Source of the DNA: Antedon mediterranea
Taxonomy: Eukaryota > Animalia > Echinodermata
NCBI RefSeq assembly: GCF_964355755.1
Contig: NC_092672.1
Location: 25,612,437 to 25,676,436 of the forward strand
Length of the DNA stretch: 64,000 nt
Direction: 5' to 3'
The notes beneath the pieces were generated by a model. It was not told the origin of the DNA. It searched no databases and saw nothing but the letters and a program-made list of their open reading frames with translations. Numbering within the stretch: position 1 is the first letter of the stretch; each line of letters begins with the position of its first letter. The position numbers and the translations under genes were made by a program. Positions 48,781 to 64,000 of the stretch are shown in pieces.

Positions 48781-49332
48781 TTAGATATCCTCACACAATA
48801 ACTTATACAGGTTCTCTGAATTACTCAAGGTATTTACGAGAAAGTAAACAAAATGTCTATACCGCGGTAATGAATATTCCTCGTACTTATTCAGCTCGCT
48901 GTACACGGTATCGTCTGTAACATACTCTTTATCCAGAACCTCCCGATAAAAATAATCAATCTGTTCTTCTGGAGATTTCATTAAACAGAAGTCATGATCT
49001 TTTTGACCAGGCCTATCAAATTCGCAACCATAACAAGCCGCTTTACTTAACATCCAACACTTGTTTAACACTTGAGAAACAAACACTTCTCTGGCTAAAT
49101 ATTCCAATTTCAATAAAAATTCTCTCTCCACCTCATCTACGTACGTAAATATACAACTTGTAGCCCGGCTACCCCTCTCAACTCCTTCATCAACACCGGC
49201 GGGTATACCCTCATTGGTCCGCATGTACCGATCACCGATATCGTTACCTGTAACAACAGTCTCCTCATCATCGCTAATAATTATAACTGTATCTACACAG
49301 CTACCTAACGAAAAATCTATACTTCCAGACAT
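48781..49332 (-). CDS. Polinton accessory protein with CYGC...H..C putative Zn-binding motif
   Basis: ORF from the ATG at 49332; SIM-like VIIISDDEE; ACYGCEFDRPGQKDHDFCL. Confidence 0.7.
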   Translation of the reverse strand: MSGSIDFSLGSCVDTVIIISDDEETVVTGNDIGDRYMRTNEGIPAGVDEGVERGSRATSCIFTYVDEVEREFLLKLEYLAREVFVSQVLNKCWMLSKAACYGCEFDRPGQKDHDFCLMKSPEEQIDYFYREVLDKEYVTDDTVYSELNKYEEYSLPRYRHFVYFLVNTLSNSENLYKLLCEDI

Positions 49333-49453
49333 AGCGAAATACTGTAACTCCACGTTAAAATAAACGAAACAACTGGAAAGGTCACAAAAAACAGTCCCTC
49401 TTCTTACAATGACTAAAAAGAAACGGCTCTAAAATATCAAAAACAAAACTAAT

Positions 49454-49889
49454 GTACCAAACAAAAAGAACAATGAACAAAAGAAATTAGGATATACTAA
49501 ACAAAGGCAACCTATGCAATGGTCAAACCGCCTAAAAATAACAATAGCAATCCTCAAACAAAGAAACTACCTTCACTAATATATTTAAAATACAAATTCA
49601 TCACCAACTACAATTATAACCCAGGCCAAAACGAAAACCCCGCCAAAATAACAAACCCCTTCTCTAACAAAGAATGACCTTTCGCTAATTAATATTACAA
49701 TAACAGGAAATTAGACAATAGAAAATATAATATATACCCTGGGGATATGACATTCCTTTCGGGTCTGGTACAAAGAATGACCTTTCACTAATTAATAATA
49801 CAATACCTGGAAATTAAACAATAGAAACTATGAAATATACCCTGGGGGTATGACATTTCATTAGGGCCTGAAGTACTCCATATACTACT
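49454..49889 (-). repeat. Polinton right TIR (~435 bp)
   Basis: Reverse complement of the left end. Confidence 0.9.
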
Positions 49890-50512
49890 GGGACCACTTT
49901 AGCTAATTTTATGTGGTCAGGTACGATTCCTGTAGTAAAAGAATTAATAACATAAGTAGGAGGAATTAAAATAAACAGATTAACCTTTTTAAGAACAGAA
50001 GGTGTAAGGAAGTCATGTCCTGATCATTTATTGGAATCCAGACTGTTGATCATGTTCAACACTTTATTTTCAGTGACTGTGTTAATAAAAAATGAATTAG
50101 GCCTAATGGGTGGGGATGTGGTAAATACGACATTGGATCAATATATTATTGTTTGAGATGGAGCGTTTTCTGAAAAATAATTATTAAAGTGATCACATAT
50201 AGAGTAAGTATCATAAATATATTCATGCCCAATTTTTAAAACTGAGGAATTTTTATTCGTTTCTATAGCTGGATTTAATAGCCTACAGAATTTATCACAA
50301 AACTTTCTTTTTGTTTGAATTGATTGAATTTTCTTTCATAATAATATTGTTTTTCAGCAGGACGACAAAGAGCAATAAACAAATTATTATAACTTGTGTA
50401 TGTTGTTTTATCATTTGGGCTCTGAGATTTAATATATTTTTTATAAAGGTAGTGTTTTCGTTGACTGCTTTTAAGAAGAGTGCATGGGGATGGCATCCAG
50501 GGCTGTTTTGCA
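49890..50512 (-). mobile_element. Degraded LINE ORF2, 5' part (continuous with 32400-33809)
   Basis: Reads TGIVPDHIKLAKVVPV(F)KQG across the Polinton insertion site; upstream PW....LLKS..RK..LYKKY. Confidence 0.85.
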
Positions 50513-51049
50513 TCTCTCTCTCTCTCTCTCTCTGCTGGTATTGAATTTGTAACTAGCGCCCTCTTTATTTGGCCGATCACGTGGTCATCCTTTTTGGACA
50601 CGCATGGACGCACTTGGAAGATCACCATCATCACACATGGCATTTTGCATGGCTAGCTAGCCTAGGCCTACACTTACTAATAATAGGCCTAGTAATATAC
50701 TAGAATAAAAATAACTACTTTTATTGAAAAATGGTGATCACAAATAAGGTAAGCACCTCTTGTACTCTTATTAAAGTCGTAAAGGCTCAATAATAAGCTA
50801 GCCTGCCTCTCTGTCTGTTTGATCATACATTCATTCGGTCGTACTGACTGTATACCTTATTAGGCTAGCCTAGTTTAGGCCCTAGTAGGCCTAGCTAGTA
50901 GGCTAGCTGGCATCCGGCTAGCTAGGGCCAGGCCTACACACGAACAACGTACGTGTAGACAAGACAGTGTGGTAGTGGAACGATTTTATAAATAATTATA
51001 ATATTGTTGAATATGCATAACATTTTAATGTTGGTAATTTTGGTTGGAA

Positions 51050-52461
51050 TAAAATCAACTTCCGGCATTTTGCATGCTTTTGTTTTGATGATATCGGTCA
51101 GCGTGAAATTGGTCGCTATTTTTTATGGGGCATGATATTTACGTTGTTTATATATGTTATGCGCGATTTGAAATTGCGCAAATCGTTCAAATCGCGCATA
51201 ACATATAGATTTATGTACTTTCTAGATTATTTTCCATGTGGATATATTGGTTAAGTATTTTTTATCAATAATTAAATTGTTTTTTTTTATTTTACAGGTT
51301 TAATTAATTTCATTAATATACAAGAGATCTGTCTGTGTCTTTTATACAAAAAAATATGTAGAACAATAATTTATTAAGACACAATAATTTTTACAATATA
51401 TGTTACAATAATCAGTTTTATACTATATCACCGATTGTCACCTAAAGCCTGTTTTCCTGTCGACGTTAGTCGACGCTATCATCGTTAATCGTTAAAAGTT
51501 CAACGACGATCGTTTGAAAACGATCAAGTTGAAATGTTAACGATAGCGCGAAACATTTGATTTCTAGCGTTGAACGTTAGAGTTGAAACTCCGGTCTTCT
51601 TTCTCGACGTCGTCGTAACGCGCAAAAATGAATAGAGGACTCCCCTGCCTCTAGCAGTAGGCTCACAGTGTAGGACACATGGGCCTAGGCATACTAATAT
51701 CTCTATACTGATGGTTCTTCGTTTTCAGTAGGCCTATCCTAGTCCAAATAGCATTTTGGACTAGGCTGAAGACTTTGACCTACCTAATATCCCTGCGCCT
51801 ACTTTCCGGAACATCATTTTATAGTAACTTTGGTAAGGCTAGGCCTAGCTTTGACCGCGCCGCGATGCAACAAAAATAAAATGTAATCAGCAGAATTTGC
51901 CATCAATTATGTGACGTCATGTGCTGTATCGCCATGATGATTGGTCAGTTCTTACGTTTTAGCGTTGCGATATCGCTAGAGTTGAACTGGATTCAACTCT
52001 AGCGATTGTCAACGATCGCGACTTGCAGCGTCGATTACCGTCGATTATTACACCTTTTCCTGTAAATCGTCGACATTTTGTATCGTCATCTTTAGTTAAA
52101 AAAGTCCCTTTTCCTGTAAATCGTTAACATTTCTATGTTTACGTTGAAGATCGCCGATTTTTGTTAACTATAGCGTACAGGCTTAACTTTTATTTCTACT
52201 GTAGTGATGTCCATTATGAAGGATATTATTAGGTGATAATTAATGTTAATGCAAATCATGCATATATTCTTGTGTTTAATATTTTACATGATTTGACACA
52301 CTAAAAAGTGCTTGTTTTTTTAAAAAGGGGAATCCCCGTCAGCAAAATAACATACAATAATTTATTTGACATGAGATGTAAAATAAATAATATTTTTATT
52401 TATTTTACATCTCATGTCAAATAATTTAGACGTGACCGATTCAATCGCGACCGATCTCAAA
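51050..52461 (+). mobile_element. Degenerate relative of the 8445-10442 foldback element
   Basis: Shares AAAATCAACTTCCGG, TTTTGATGATATCGGTC, GGGGAATCCCCGTCAGCAAAATAA and CGCGACCGAT blocks; split by the MITE at 51446. Confidence 0.75.
51446..52183. mobile_element. PIF/Harbinger-like MITE
   Basis: TAA|AGCCTGT...ACAGGCT|TAA; the flanks rejoin to match 9055-9075. Confidence 0.75.
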
Positions 52462-52754
52462 CAAGTAGTACTACTTATGTATAAAATAAAAAATGTTTTA
52501 TAATATAGGCCTCAGTTTTAGGTAGGGCCTAACAAATTTCCGAAAATTATCATGTTGGCTGCTTGCCGAATACATGAAATAATGAGAGTTTTCGAAATAA
52601 TAATTGCATAAATTAAAATTCCGTTTTTTAGTCATTTATTTAATAACACAACATAACAAATTGGTAAAATGAATCAAATATGTTTGTATTATTATGTTGA
52701 GTATCTTGATGCCGGTTGCTATGCTGTTGCTATGCTGCTGCTATTGTACAAATT

Positions 52755-53250
52755 AGGGAGGTTTCGCAACCTTACGAATACGAAAACGGATACGTCATAC
52801 ATTTGTGAAACTTTTGAGCTGATCCCCAATTCATATTCGTAAAGCGTATTCGTGTTGACGAATATCACCAGTCATATTCGTAACTACAAAACGAGTATAG
52901 TTTTTGATCTATTTTGCACATTTTGCATTTGAATCAGGAATGATTCATGATTATAATATAATTATAGATTTATTGAAAGTAATTTACTAAAGTAATTTAT
53001 TAAAATGCCAAGTCAATTTTGATAAATAGCAGTTTTTAAAGTCCTCACTCGCTTTGATGTTACGCTAGGCCTAGGCAGCCAAGCACCAAGCAACACGTAC
53101 CTGCGCTTCGCTCAAATTTACCGCAGTCATATTTTGGACGCGCCTCAATATTTCGTTGCCATGCGAAACAGATTTTTTTATGGCTTACGAAAACGAATAC
53201 GTGTGCGTGACGTTTTCGTTATCGTATTCGTAAGATTGCGAAACCTCTCT
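52755..53250. mobile_element. MITE with ~35-bp TIRs
   Basis: AGGGAGGTTTCGCAACCTTACGAATACG / CGTATTCGTAAGATTGCGAAACCTCTCT, flanked by ATT. Confidence 0.8.
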
Positions 53251-53412
53251 ATTAACTTTTCAACTTTCAGCTTTTACTATTCTAATTTTAGGAAACAGTT
53301 CCAAGATTTTTCAAATGCAGGTGAATCCCCCCCCCCCCCCCTCCTGTATCCGCCCCTGAACGTGGTGTAGCCCAGACCTTATTTAAAGTGCTTATTCACC
53401 CTGCAAACCTTA

Positions 53413-53778
53413 AGCTCTGTCTATACTATTAAACTAGTTTACCAAAAAAGTGTAATGTACCTAAATATATGGTAGTTATATGTCCAAATATGGTAGTGAT
53501 ATGACATCATCATGGCATGACATCCCCGCCAACTCGAGTCACCCTTGTAAAAATAAATAAAAAGCATGAAGTATTATAAAAAAAAAATGAAATGCAAAAA
53601 AAACCAGATACATAAATAAAATAATAAGAAATAAATTAAACCAATTTCAGCTGTGAATACTGCCACCACACCAACTTAGTTCCGTAATAATCAACATGAT
53701 GACTGTGAGAACTCATAAAGATATAATGTGCATATCACATGTTTTTGTCCGATAAAGTTTGATAGTGTAGACAGAGCT
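53413..53778. mobile_element. PIF/Harbinger-like MITE
   Basis: TTA|AGCTCTGTCTA.ACTAT.AAACT...AGTTTGATAGTGTAGACAGAGCT|TTA; second copy at 58187-61027 is interrupted. Confidence 0.8.
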
Positions 53779-53844
53779 TTACAGGAAAATTCATATTATT
53801 ACCTACAGTATTTGTCTATCAAAACTTTTCAGACTCAAATATTG

Positions 53845-63669
<9,825 letters not shown>

Positions 63670-64000
63670 GTCTGTTTTCATTATTTTAGTAATTATTTAA
63701 CTAAAAAATCAAATGTTGCTTTTCTACTCACTTTTTTACTTTTGAGATTTACAAAATAAAAACCGTTCAGATTTGTTTTGGTTATTCTTAGATTTTTTCT
63801 TTATTTTTTCTTTAATGTTTGTATACATGCTTGATTAAAATTTATCATAATTTTGGAATTTGCTTTGAATGTCATGTGTTCCTAAACAGATTATTATTAA
63901 TTTTTTTTTTGGACATGTACAGTACGTTCTTGTGATCTTGGATATGTTGCTATATGTATATAATTTGTTTTGTTTTTTATTAATAACAACAATATATAGC

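Larger units (their letters stand above)
33810..49889. mobile_element. Full-length Polinton/Maverick (endogenous adintovirus-like element), 16,080 bp
   Basis: Termini AGTAGTATATG...CATATACTACT; 6-bp TSD GGGACC (33804-33809, 49890-49895); long TIRs; pPolB, ATPase, protease, MCP, mCP and integrase genes. Confidence 0.98.

Overview
AT-rich, intron-containing animal (invertebrate) genomic DNA, not prokaryotic. Four host genes were reconstructed by hand from GT-AG exons: a FAM216-like gene (-, 44-3295), a 13-finger C2H2 zinc-finger gene (+, 6426-12312), a complete 10-exon NIPSNAP (-, 16596-29550) and the 5' part of MTO1/GidA (+, from 53845, running off the window). The zinc-finger gene's coding exon 2 is interrupted by two DNA transposons whose clean removal restores the frame. 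The centrepiece is a full-length 16,080-bp Polinton/Maverick endogenous virus (33810-49889, AGT...ACT termini, 6-bp TSD GGGACC) inserted into a dead LINE between NIPSNAP and MTO1. It encodes pPolB, packaging ATPase, protease, major and minor capsid proteins and a chromodomain integrase. It also carries a Bcl-2-like gene and a tandem PC4-domain gene, and both pPolB and the Bcl-2-like gene appear to contain spliceosomal introns. Several of its genes are broken by 2-5 bp insertions. Other content: a Sola2-like transposon, MITEs, tRNA-derived SINEs, a Penelope-like fragment with a hammerhead ribozyme motif, two minisatellites and several near-perfect hairpins. All family assignments come from motif recognition, not database searches.
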